This document shows positions 1-12,345 of a DNA stretch of 64,000 bases, piece after piece (the first letter of the stretch is position 1; the number at the start of each line of letters is the position of its first letter). Position numbers and translations under genes: made by a program. The stretch is from Camelus dromedarius (Eukaryota), in NCBI RefSeq assembly GCF_036321535.1, contig NC_087438.1, positions 6,636,001 through 6,700,000 on the forward strand. The letters are read 5' to 3'. The notes under the pieces were generated by a model. The model did no database searches. It was not told the DNA's origin and saw only the letters and a list, made by a program, of their open reading frames with translations.

Positions 1-649
1 CAGTCTGAGAACTCAAATGCCATCTGGCGCAGCGTGGCTTCCTGTTAGCAGTTTATCCGAATGCCATCGGCTTGTTTCCAACACGTGCCTCAGTCACCTT
101 CTTCAGAATAAATCACCTCTCCCGTCAAACCTGCTTTTCCGTGTCTTCTACACAGTATGGTTACAGGTGCTTATTACTTTGTGCAGCAGGTCCTCCTGAG
201 GTCTTCCCTCATTTCTCAGCTCTCATATTTGATGCGACATCTATAAAGCCCGTGACATAAATCCTCAGTCGGCGCAGGGAGGGAGGGGGGAGGAAACAGA
301 CTCCTGCAACTGCCACCCGGTGACCCAGGCAGGACCCAGCTCCCAGCCTGGAAGTGTCCACCGTGGAAAGCTGTTCTGTCAGCACAGAGAAATTTTAGAA
401 AGGTGGCGTGGGGAGTCATCCCTAGAACACGGTCACAAGGCTGTCACGGCACCTGGAGGCAGGTGAGTCACTGCACGTGGGTCGTCCTGAGAGGCAAAGG
501 TTTGCGTCCATCCCCCCGCGCCCCGCCGACAGCATCAGCTAACACGCCTTCTCGGGGTTCTCGCCTGGGACGGGCAGCCCTTCTTCTGAGGATCAAGCAG
601 GAAGCCCATGAGTGTCAGCTCCCTCTTCATCGTGAAGCCCCCTCCTCTC

Positions 650-1130
650 CCCACATCCACTGGTCCCCAGATCCGTCCATTGAGCCTCCTAAATTCCTGT
701 TAAGTGGACCATTTCCCTCTCACCCTCTAATTAAAGCCACCATCATACTGGACTCGGGCTATTGAAGAGGCTCCTCTCCCTGCCTCCAACCTTGTCTTCC
801 TTCCCCCCGTTCTCCACGCTGCAGAACAGATGGTTTGCAGAATCCCACAGATGCAAGCCCCTGACACCGGACAGACCCTGGCCGGACAGAACGCTTCCAG
901 CTGCTCCAAGCTGTCTCGTACCCCAGCCCTTCAGCACGCAGCTCCCTCTGCCTGTCCCACCGCTCCCCCTAGGCCCACTCCCTCCCTCAGATGTCCACAT
1001 AATGGCCCTCCTGTTTAAGGCCTTCCCTGAACCCTCCTCGCCACCTCTCCCCTCTTTCCACACAGAGCCTTCAGTAACCCTCCTCCCACTTCAGTGTAGT
1101 TCCCTTGCGACTTCCCATCTTCTTTGGCAC
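650..1130 (+). mobile_element. Degenerate LINE-2 fragment
   Basis: C/T-rich sequence with L2-like motifs (aagccaccatcat..ctggact; ttctccac..gcag..aga). Confidence 0.5.
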
Positions 1131-1799
1131 AACGGAAGTTCTGTGAGATTGTACGGCCACGTCCGTCTAGTCCAGTACTGGGTTTGGTGTGTCTATTTCC
1201 AAGTAAGAGCTTAAAGTTAATAACAAATGCAAAGAGAATTAAAGGACAAAGGCTCAAGATAGCATCTCACTGGCAACCCTAGGGGATGCTCATCAGAACC
1301 CTTGTGGATCCAACAGTGAAAACAGCATATCTGACAGTGAAATCTCCGCTTCTGAAAGAGAAGAGGCCAAGTTATCTGCCACCATTGGCCAATTCTGGCC
1401 ACACAGAAGCTATAGTGGTAGGTCCAGGAGAAGGTCACCACCTCTCTCCAGAGCTGCATTACTAGCAGGGGAAGGCAGGTGACAATGGAGCTGAGGACCA
1501 AGAGACAGGATGCAGGCACAGGACTTGGAACGCCCACTTCTGCATTTCTTCCAAGATCCATTAAGTATCCTTTGTCAAGCACTCAGACATTCAACAAAAA
1601 GTGCTGAATGAAACGGTATTAGTTCTAGAGCCCCTGGGTTTCTCTGCAGGACTGGTGTCAGCCCACCCATGTGGGCCCACGGTGTCACCATTCTAACATT
1701 CGAAATTCTGTAGGGAGTCTCAGAGTTTTATCCAAAAGCTTAGTTTCTGGGAAAGACTATGTGCAAATCAGTTAATCTCACTAAATAGTATCTCTTCAA

Positions 1800-2090
1800 A
1801 TGATTCCTTCAGTCATCCATAAAATATTGACTAACCACGTGCCACTCTTCTAGGAACTGGAGATACATTACTGAGTAAGGCAAGGTGCCTTCAATCATGG
1901 ACCTTAGTGCAGAAGACAGAAGAGAAACAATATATAAACTAGAAAGCACATTATTTCAAATAGTGATGGGAGTGAGGAAGGAAATAAAGGCAGAGGGAGA
2001 AGCAACAGTCCTCCCGTGAGAACAGTGACGGGTTATTTCAGGTAAGGTGTCCACAGAAGGACTCTCTGCGGAGGCAATACCCAAGGGGCC
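1800..2090 (-). mobile_element. LINE-2 3' end
   Basis: attccttcagtcatccataaaatattgac..gtgcca..ctaggaactggagataca, typical reverse L2 terminus. Confidence 0.6.
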
Positions 2091-4125
2091 AGAGTAATAG
2101 GAAAAAATAACGTCATGGAATCTGGAATGAACTTTAAGAGAAAAAAGACACCACTTCAGCCCCATGGCTCCTGGCACAAGCCTGTGCCCCAAACTCCTAC
2201 TCATCTACCCATTCAGTTTTCTGTCCATTTGCTCATTTATCCTTTCAACAAAGGGTCCACTGAGGATTTGGAGGCTGCCAATATTCTGGAGAATAGTTAA
2301 AAGATAACATAATAAATGTTTGTTGCTTGCTTGGGAGAATTAAAGCAAATCTGATCACAGAAAATCCCTGCTATTTGACAAAATTCAACTACAAAATGGT
2401 CATTTCATATGATTCACCGGTGATGTTTTATTCCTCAGTTAGTGAGCACAAACTATTGGGAGGCAAATAACATGTTTCATAACTTGAATTTTTCAAGTTC
2501 TTTGTAAGAGCTCATTTAGACATCATTATAAAATATGAGTATTTTTAGTTAGCAAAGGAGTCTCATATCTGGGGGATTAAAAATCATAGGATAATTTTTA
2601 AGGAATCTTTTGTTCACCTTGTTCCATTTACGGTTAATGCCTGAAATAAGTAATAACGCATGTTCTTTCAAATTTTGATATGTCAGGCCCTTCTCCCAAG
2701 TTAATGCAAAGTTTACGATATTGTACATGTATGGGTACATATTAGAATTCCTTCCATTTACCTTCCAAGAAAAATTCTAACCTAAGACCATCTTTCCGAT
2801 CCCTCAGGAGAGAAATGTTTTAAGGTATAATTTCAGATAGCAATTCAAGGAACTGAGCTCAACAAGTTTGGGGAAGATTTTGGTGACAACCATTACACAC
2901 ACTCACAGAACTCCTAAATAAACTAAATCATGGTCTATTCAGCTTACTATGCCAATTCCAACAGACGTGTAACTGGAAGTTTCTGTTTAAGGCATTCAAA
3001 TTTCAGTCCACATTTCTGTGGCTGTGAGTGTCAAACACTGCCTTTCCTGGTATCAAGCTTAAGAGTTAGAAACCCTCTCTCAGTAGCCATGAAGGGCCTT
3101 TTAATTCATGAGCTTATCCAAACCCTCATGGGCTTCACATTCAGGGAGTAATTATAATAGATCCCTGAGCTCTTGGGTGATGCATTTCACAGGTGTATCT
3201 CTCACTGTGCAGCACAGTCCTTCCACAACTACTCAAGAGAGTATCACATCCAAGAGATTTCGTGATACAACCAAGTTCCTCTAATCTACACTATTCATCA
3301 TGACACAGAACTGGAAAATGTCCCATTCTCAGTTTACGCAAAGTCAAGGAGGTGTATCCTTTTTACAACAGAGTCTAACTTTTCTATCTGGATAATTCAG
3401 GAGGCAATCACAAGGGTGAAAACTATCTGACATTGTAAGCACTTGTGAATATCATTCCAGTTTCTCAGAATCCAAGAAAAAGCATCTCTGCTATACTGGA
3501 GGCAACAGCACTGATTAGAGAAGTGGAGGGCACCGGGTCTCCCAGAAGACCCCTCCAACCTGCAAATACTCCAGTCTGACTTGTCCAGTGCGCCCCAGGC
3601 ATAATGTAAAAGCAAAACTAAATCACCCTGTTAATAACCAGGAAACAAATGATTTGAGGGGAGATAACGCTGAATAATGGCATGTAACACAAATGCCAAC
3701 AATCCCATCCTCAGACAAAGGGTGACCTCTCTTCCCATCTGCTCTTCTTTGCACAGACATTTTGTTCTCTCTTAGCCAGGAATGAACAATGGAGAATCTG
3801 GAAACATCCCTTATAAAAGTGTGGGAATGAATGAAGGCAGAGGGGTATTCATTGGTTCCAGGTTCCTGACATCAAAGGCTAGAGGAAGTCACAGTTGTGG
3901 CTCCCAGAAGCAAGAGGAGCCGAAACAGCCCCACAGCATGGGAGCAGAACCAGCTCTTCTCAACCTCGCCGAGAAGAGTAAACAAGTGCACAGAATGTTT
4001 ACTTCTCTCCTGCATCAGCAATGTGCAAAACACCTTCAAAATAAAGCATCTCTTTTTACATAAAATTGTATTTTATGAAGGGTTTGCGCATGTCTAATCT
4101 TTAGCTCCTCTAAAGACTCCTGAGC

Positions 4126-4348
4126 GTTGGGAGGGATAAATTGCGAGTTTGGGATTGGCAGATACAAACTACTATGTACGGAATAGATAAACAACAACAG
4201 CACAGGGAGCTATATTCAATGGCTTGTAGTAACCTGTAAGGGAAAAGAATACAAAAAAGAGTATGTGTATATGTGCATAAGTGAATCACCGTGCATATAC
4301 CAAAAACTAATATACCATTGTGAATCAACTATATTTTAATAAAAAAAT
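4126..4348 (+). mobile_element. L1 3' UTR fragment (artiodactyl type)
   Basis: gggagggataaattgcgagtttgggattggcagatacaaactact..cagcacagggagctatattcaat..tgtgaatcaactat followed by an A tail. Confidence 0.9.
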
Positions 4349-4354
4349 TTAGTA

Positions 4355-4402
4355 GGAGTGTATAAATCAGTGGTATAGCGTGTGCTTAGCATGCACGAGG
4401 TC
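4355..4402 (+). mobile_element. 5' half of a tRNA-Ala-derived camelid SINE (Vic-1-like), 3'-truncated
   Basis: tataaatcagtggtatagcgtgtgcttagcatgcacgaggtc matches the head of the copy at 26945. Confidence 0.75.
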
Positions 4403-5610
4403 ATGGTCTTCTAAATTATAATCCAGAGTTATTTTCTTTCTTTTCATTTTTTCATTAGGTATTCAGAGAGAACTGAGCACACAGTGCACATAGAGTGAAT
4501 TCAGAACTCAACATTCCTGATCGATTCTACCGCTGGATGGACAGTACCCTGGCACTGTGGGCTGACCTTGGGAAGAGCCTGGTCTCGAGCCAACAGCAGA
4601 GCGACGCATCTTGCTTCTCCTTTTAAGGCATTTTAAATGAATGCCTTGGACACGGTCTCTTTCTGTTCCACTCACAACCAAATCCTTTCAAGGAAAGCAC
4701 CCATGTGGTTGAGCTGCAGATTATTTTTATCTGTTTTTAAGAGTCACACAAACTTAACCTGAACCAATATGTTCCCCTGCATGTTCTTCCTGAATTGCAG
4801 TCAAAGTTTTTCAGTAATTAAGCACGTCTCCTAGAGCGTTGTGAACCAAATAGTGCTGTGTGCCAAAGCAAGGAAAGCATTAATGAAAATGAAAAATAAA
4901 ACGCAGCCAAGTTCAAGTAGCAAAAGCGTTCTGCCTCCTTTCATTGAAATGAGATGCAAAAGAAAAAGCATGCAAAGTGAGGAGTGAAGTGTGTTCATGG
5001 TTGTCAGTGTGAACCCTCCCACTGAAATCTTAAGAAAATTAATCTCCCATCTCAAGAACCAAAAAAGAAAAAAAAATTACAGTCACATGGGTTTAAAGTA
5101 TGTTTCAGTAAATTTCAGAACACTAACTAGTCCCTCCTCTAACATTATTACGCTCAGAATTCTACTGTCCCTAGAGGGGGGAGGAAATAATCCCAAGTGA
5201 ATTCTCTCTGCATTGCATCCAAAAAGATACTAAATTCTCTAGATTCCATCAAATTGTTGTAAAAAAAAATGTCTTCTTTCTAACATGTGTTTATCAAATC
5301 TAAAATATGTACAGCTTAGGGAGGAGCGTCCCAGAAAATTCCAGCCACTGGGAACACATATTTATTTTGCGGGGGACAAGAGGGAGAAGAGGATGGCAAG
5401 GTTGGGAACAAAGAGATCATCACGTCCTCAGCAAAATCTACCATCTCGGATTCCTCTAGGTCTCGGTGGTAGCAGCTCCGACACAAAACAGACGGTACAG
5501 CACAGAGCTGGGACACAAGATGCCAAGAAACCACGGAACCACTGGTTCTGTTGACTTCCAAAGCGTTTCCAAACAATCCACACCCCCAGAGTCAGCTTCT
5601 GAATTTTCAC

Positions 5611-6120
5611 ATTTTTTCATTTTTATTCATTTTTTAATTGAAGTACAGTCAGTTATAATGTGTCAATTTCAGGTGTACAGCACAATGTCCCAGTCATGCA
5701 TAAATATATGTATATTCATTTTCATATTCTTTTGTTTTTCATCTATTTTTTATATAGTACATAACAACTGCAAATCTCGAACTCCCAAATTTATCCCTTC
5801 CCACCCCATTTCCCTGGTAACTGTAAGATTGCTTACTATGTCTGCCAGTCTGTTTCTTTTGTAGACGAGTTCATTAGTATCCTCTTTTCCTTCTTTTTTT
5901 TTTTTTAAGATTCCACATATGAGTGATATCATAAGGTATTCTTTCTCTTTCTGGCTTACTTCATTTAGAAAGACAATCTCCAGGTTCATCCATGTTGCTG
6001 CAAATGACATTATTTTATTCTTTTTTATGGCTGAGTAGTATTCCATCGTATAAATATACCACAACTTCTTTATCCAGTCCTCTCTCAATGGACATTCAGG
6101 TTGCTTCCAGGTCATGGCTA
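5611..6120 (-). mobile_element. Relatively young L1 3' end (ORF2 C-terminus plus 3' UTR)
   Basis: ORF 5750-6130 encodes [38 protein letters not shown], the L1 ORF2 C-terminus; T-rich tail at 5611-5635; same 3' UTR type as the copy at 59063. Confidence 0.95.
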
Positions 6121-6267
6121 ATTTTTGCACTTTAATTCTCCACTCATTCCAATCACTATAGCTGTTACAGCTTTACACATGCTTCTTATACATTTCAATA
6201 TTAATTTTATTTTTTAAAAACTCAATGTTCTTAGACAAAACTCTTGCTAATTAGGTAGGGAAGTGAC

Positions 6268-6775
6268 GTGTTAGCTTCCTATGGAACAAACTACCGCTAT
6301 AACACATGATGATAAACTTGGTGGCTTAAAACAACTCAAATTTATTCCCTTGCATTTCTGAAGGTCAGAAATTTGAAGCAGGCCTCCCTGGGATGAAACC
6401 AAGACCTCAGCGGGGCTACGCAGAAGGCTCTAGATGGAATGCGTCTCCTTGTCTTTTCCAGTTTTGAGCGCTACACTCTTGCATCCATTGGCTCCAATCA
6501 TCACTTCCATCTTCAAGCCAACAGCAGAGCACCTTCAGATCTCTTCTTGCTCCGTCTTCACATCCCCCTCTCCTTTCTGTCTGTCGCAAATATTCAGCTG
6601 CTTCCCCTTCATAATGACTCTCGTGATTACATTCAGAACTCTGTGGACAAGCAGGATAATCTCCCATCACAAGACCCTTAACTCAGTCACATCTGCCAAG
6701 TTCCTTTTGCCATGTAAGGTGACGTTCCCAGGTTCCAGGAATTAGAAAGGGACATCTTTGGGGTCCTCTATTATC
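6268..6775 (-). mobile_element. MaLR solo LTR (MLT1D-like)
   Basis: aaacttggtggcttaaaacaac..tttattc..; ggataatctcccatc..aagacccttaact..cacatctgc..ttttgccatgtaaggtgac..aggttccaggaattag. Confidence 0.85.
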
Positions 6776-7337
6776 ACGTGGTGCATCAAGACACATGCAC
6801 TGTGCATCATATGTGGGAGGATACAGTTTTCACAACCCACTAGTCCATCGTGCAATCAAAAACTGGACAGAAACTTTTTTATAAGTTGATATAGGGGAGC
6901 TTCGTAACAGTAAGAGTACTTGGCAACTTTCACTAAGACCTTTGAAATAAGTGTGAAAATGCATGCCTAATGTGGCTGCAGCAACAGAGGGCTGAGCAGA
7001 AAGCTTGAGAGGCGTGCAACGTCCCCAATTAATCCCGCATCATCTAAGAACTACATAAACAGAAGAGCTTTCAGCTGCTAACAAAGCAATGGCTAAGTTT
7101 CGTCCCGCCCCGGCCAGTGCAGAGCGCGTGCAGCTAACCCGGCAATGACCCGGGAATGGCAACCACCAAGGAGGTGCCGCCACTTTCAGATTGGACTCCT
7201 GAGCAGAAACTGATGGGGCAGAGAAAGCGAAGAAAACATTTTCATGGCAGCTTAAAATCTGAAAATAAATTTAGCACGGGATTTGCATTTCTTAACCTCC
7301 CTAAGAAAGTATGCTAAAATCCAGCTCTGCTCCCAGT

Positions 7338-7615
7338 GCACACAAATACACACACCACACAAAACACATGCCACATGCACGCGTAAATATATAAACATGC
7401 GCACCACATAAACATGCAGACACAGAGACAGAGATACACACGACCCCATGTGTTTAGACAGAAAGACACACAAGATCACACACCACATGCACACACAGGG
7501 ACCAGGTGCATACAGACCCACCCAGGCACCACACGTGCACGCACACACTGACACATACATGCAAATTCACACAGACGCGCATGCACACACAGATACATGC
7601 AGAGACATACCAGAC
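7338..7615. repeat. Degenerate (CA)-rich low-complexity tract
   Basis: Interrupted cacaca/cacatg/acagac repeats over ~280 bp. Confidence 0.85.
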
Positions 7616-8602
7616 ACCCGGGAAGATCAAGAGCCATCTTAACGGTAGAGAGACCTGAAAGGCCTCCAAGTGTAAGGGATTTTGGAGCGTCATCACTTGG
7701 GGTTGGGGGTGCAGGGGTGACCCACTCAGAATCTCTAGAAAAACAGATTCCTCGTACCCACAGTTTCCACATGCTCTCACAGGGATCCTTCACGTACTCG
7801 GTCACACAGGGTATCATCCACAGGGTGCACATTTCAAAAATTTAAAAAACTGCCTTCACTTTTGTGTGAACCAAAGAATCTTTATCATCTCCCCCAAAGG
7901 AACCCAGTGGAAGAGGAATGATGGCTTGTATGGCCTTCCATTTACTGGAAGGTTGGCCATTTCCTGAGACGTTGGCTCATCAAAGCATCCAGGAGCCCCT
8001 GAAGGGCGTCGAGGGGCAAATGGGTGGGAGGAGTCCTGGAGCCACACTGGAGTGACACCCCGTGGGAGACGTGGGACTCCCTGAGAGGAGTCTGCGAACC
8101 ACAGCTCCACAGACACGCTTACTTAAACATGCCCGTCAGATTCTGAAATTTGCGTAAAATCCCAATGGGGGCAACACCAGTACCACTGAACTGAAAACAA
8201 TCTCTCCGTTCTACCAAATCCTGGAATTATTCCCACATCAGCTTCTCTGGAAGGAAGTAGCGAAAAATGTCAATCATACCAGCTTCTGATTATTTACTTT
8301 CTTCTCAACGACATTAACACAGGAACATCTATGGCTTTTTGGTCAAGAAGGTACAATAAAAAAAAAAATTCCCAAGTCCTGATGGATGGGGAAAAAAGCC
8401 CATGATTGCTGTCACCATTCAAAGAACAAACCCCAGTGGAAAAACGAATTCTGCGATGCCTGTTGATAATCACATTTTTTCCTAAATAAAGGACAGTGAG
8501 GTTCAGTGGGAATTTTACCTAGCCTGCTCACTAAATGTCTATGGAGGAGGAAAAGGGATTTACTCTGAGGTTTTTAAGGCTTCCAGAGCTTTGCACAGTG
8601 TA

Positions 8603-8770
8603 ACTGTGGTTACTCAGAATGAGGGTCCAGGACCAGTGGCATCAGCATCTTCGGGGAGCTTATCGGAAGTGCAGCATCTCAGGCCCCATCCAGGAACCAC
8701 TGGGTCAGTTTCCACATTTTCACAGAACCCCCAGATGCTGTGTACGTACTTTGAGGGACACGAAGCAGTG
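8603..8770. mobile_element. MER5-type hAT-Charlie element
   Basis: ggaccagtggcatcagcatc..gggagctt..gaagtgcagcatctcaggccccatccag. Confidence 0.8.
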
Positions 8771-9225
8771 GAATAAACACCAGGAGTGCAATCAAGACCA
8801 AAAACGGTCACTTGTTAGTTTACTTCTTCAAACTCTTGACTATAAATAATTTCTGTTATTAATGAAGCTAGTTGGCAATGACTTGGAATTCCTCAGCTAA
8901 CAGGATGAGTTTGAATACAATTAATCAGTGAAATGGCCAGTTTTTGTGCATCATTAAAGTTTACAAAGATTATCTTCCCAGCTCATTATGAAGAAAATAG
9001 TATCACCAAAGAATCTAGGGGCCGCACCTTCCCCCTGAGCTGCCTCCCTCCCGTTTGCTTTCCTGTTAGCATAACAACTCACGCTTGCAGGCTTGGAACA
9101 CACACAAAAAGCAAACTAATACAAAGGAGCTTTCCTCCTTCTGGTCATGGTTTATGGTAGCAACAGGTGAGAAAGGTCAAGACAAGCAGTGATTTACATC
9201 ATCCCATGCAAAAGAGACAGGAGCA

Positions 9226-9239
9226 GTAACCATGGCAAC
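9226..9239. promoter_or_regulatory. RFX X-box motif
   Basis: GTAACCATGGCAAC fits GTNRCC-N2-RGYAAC; in non-repeat DNA. Confidence 0.5.
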
Positions 9240-10396
9240 CAGACAAAAACTTCAAAAATGACTTGCAGTTTACAAAGGTCAGAGCAGCTCTATTTCTCCA
9301 CCCCACCCTACCCCACACCCCCCCCCGCCAGAAAAAAAGTGGACAAATCCACCAAAACTTTTCCCAGAAATAGCCAAATTTTCAGAAGACGGTAACACGG
9401 GCCTACACAGATTGTCTGATTGGCTGTGGAATTATTAAATTATATGTTTTTTACAATTGGGTTAGTTAGGTGTGACTCAATTTAAATCTAGGGTTTCATG
9501 TCTTCTAAAGCTAAAATGGGCCCTTACTAGAGTCAGCTCATCCTTTAGGTAAAAGGTATATTCTCTTGGAGGTGGATTAACTCTTGAAGGTCAACAGGGC
9601 AGCATCTCACCAATTTTCAAGATTTAAGAAATTCATGTAACTTCTAAAGGGTCCAATTTACACCTAAGGAAGATGAATGATCTCAAGGATCCTGCCTATT
9701 AAGTGTTTACTAAGTGGTCCTCTACAGATTTCCTATGGAAGGATCAATCTGGATTCACACATTATTTACAGAGAGAAAATGAAGGAGGAACACTTTGACG
9801 CTTAATGCCAGCTGGCCCACTGCCTAGAGACATCCATCCGTCCAATTCCACTGCCACAAGCAACACACCCCGGGGGTTTTTGTAGATTCTCCTACTTAGC
9901 TGTTTGACGCTCTCTCTCCCTCACTGCCACTTCAGGTATTACCTTCTCCCTTTTCAGATCAGCTTGTGCCCTGCCTGATGCTGAGTGCAGCCCCACCAGG
10001 AGAAACCAGCCACTTCATTAACAAAAGGAGACGGTACAGAATCACAACAGAATGGAGGAAAAAAAAAAAAAACTGTCAATTGGAGTCTCCGTGATACTTT
10101 GATAGCCCAGAAGGACATATTTATCTTTCACTAATTTTTTTCATTCCACATCACAGCAGAAAATATTTTTGAGCTTGATAAATGAAAGCTCATTTGGAGC
10201 ACCTGCTATCTGAATTACCACTCTCGGGGCTAAATTAATAACTCTGGCATATTATAAAGACATAAATGTAAAGCTGAGTTCCAGCCTTCCCAGCATATTT
10301 ATGTGAGTTTTTGCCTCATTTTGTGTGTTTGTGTTTGGTTTTCCTCCTTTCTCTGCAAACCATGTCGCCACTCATCGCCACCATGTTATTACTCAC

Positions 10397-10499
10397 CGGC
10401 GGAGTGTACAAATAAAAGCTGACCTTGTTTGCAAAGTCTTCCTGATTGTGACTTTTTTTGAGTGAGAGCCTCACTTCCAGCTGAAATCTAAAAAGAACT
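10397..10499 (-). other. Candidate exon of the host gene (acceptor uncertain: exon start 10480, 10487 or 10499)
   Basis: Strong donor CCG|GTGAGT (plus ACTCAC 10391-10396); three T-rich YAG acceptors upstream; non-repeat sequence with retained CpGs. Confidence 0.45.
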
Positions 10500-11438
10500 C
10501 TGAAACATTTCAAAATTAAACATTTGCATCCACTTTGTGCCTACCACATTGCTGATGGATCTACAAAAAAAAAAAAAAAAAAGAATTTTAACGCTGGTTT
10601 TTTTTTACATGGTATTAACATAGGACCACACCCTGGAATTTTCCATGGCTCAGCTCAGGGTTTACAAAGCAAGAAGAAGCTTTCCATCACCAAAATGCAA
10701 AAACAACCTGAACTAGCCGCCACGACCACTCTAGCGTCTTAATTTGGCGCTAATTCTCTAATTTGCTCATTTATTTTCTCTCACCACGTAATTAACGCTG
10801 ACAGCAGCCTTTGTGAGGTTGGCCACGGACTGTTCCATGTCTCAGTAGAAGGAAAAATTCCTTAGATATGTTTCCAATTGCTGTGCATGTACTGAAGCCA
10901 AGAACCAGCAAACTATCACAAGATCCACATAATGAAGTGCTGAAACCAGCGAGGCCTAAGACATCGAAGACCGGGCCTAGACCAGCACGGGCTGGTTTTT
11001 CAGACCTATAAATGGACTACACCGTCATTACTTTCTAACATAGCATCTATGAGGGGACCCGCTACACCTGTTACATTACCCCCTCCCTTTGCAGAGCGGA
11101 TATTTCCAATTGATGCTCATGCATTTCCCTGATTGAAACCCATTTTAATCCTCCTAGACCGTGTGCTTCCACAAATATCATCACAGCACACACGGTAACC
11201 AGAAGTTCAGACCTTTATAAAGAAAAGCACTGGAGAACAATGGAGTGCCACTGAACCTCACAATCCTCAGAATCGAAATTATTAGAAAAGTTTGCAGAAA
11301 AAAGCCAAATGATCCCCACCAACAGCATCTGAGGAAGGCCCATCACTGTGGCCCAGTATCAGGCCTTATTCACCCCCAGACTGTAACCTCAGTTGTAGGG
11401 GAGCATGGTCCAAAGGCTGTGACCATTCTTTCTACAAA

Positions 11439-11535
11439 TCATTCATTCATTCACTTGCTCATCCAATATTTTTTGAGCACCTACTGTGTGCCAGGCACCA
11501 TTGCAGGGGCTGAGTGTCAAGTGAACAAAGCCAGC
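11439..11535 (-). mobile_element. LINE-2 3' end
   Basis: cattcattcattcac..tttttgagcacctactgtgtgccaggcacc. Confidence 0.8.
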
Positions 11536-11804
11536 CCTCTGCCCTCCTGGGCCGGCCCTCCAGGGAAGGGGACACTAACCAGACAGACACAGAAGCCCAG
11601 GGGAAGACAGCAGGACACAGGGTAGCAGGTGGCTGGGACAGGATGCTGAGACGGCCCCGGGAAGGAGAGGATCAGTAAGCCCAGAGGGAAGGAGGGCCAG
11701 ACGGGGTCGGGGGCAGCAAGGCTGGGAAGCAGGGACCACAGAGTGGAGCTCACTTCGGGCCGTGGGCCCCTCCAGAGGCTCTGGATTTATATATATTCCA
11801 TGTT

Positions 11805-12345
11805 TCATACCATCTCAGCCAGGTGATCAAGTCAACACCATCGGTCACAAGTCATGCTGATCGCTGTACCCCTGAAACCCACGAGGACAGCACTTCACCT
11901 CGGTGGCTTTCCTCCCAAAACTCATAACTACCATTTAGTCCAGAGAAAAACATCAGACAAACCCAAACTGAGAGACAGTTTACAGACTGCCTGACCAGCA
12001 TTCCTCAAAACTGTCATGGTCATCGCAAACATGGACAAGTCTGAGAAACTGTCACAGCCCCAAGGAACCTAGGAGGACATGACAAGTTAATCTGGTATCC
12101 TCCATGGGGTCCTGGAACATGATCCCACGAGAAAGGCCATGAGGGGAAAACTGAGGAAGTCCAAATAAAGTATGGACCTTAGTTAACGCTAACGTAATAG
12201 CGCGTCACTGCTGGTGCTTCCCGGTGACCACACAGCACGCTATTGTAAGACGTTAACAACGGGGAGCTCCAGATGCATGGGACATGGGAACACGGTACTA
12301 TCCTAGCAACCTTTCTGTAAATCTAAAACTATCTGAAAATTTGAT
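11805..12345 (+). mobile_element. Old L1 3' UTR (L1MC/L1MD-like)
   Basis: ccaggtgatcaagtcaaca..aaaacatcagacaaacccaaactgag..ctcaaaactgtca..ctgagaaactgtcacagcc..ttctgtaaatctaaaactat. Confidence 0.85.
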
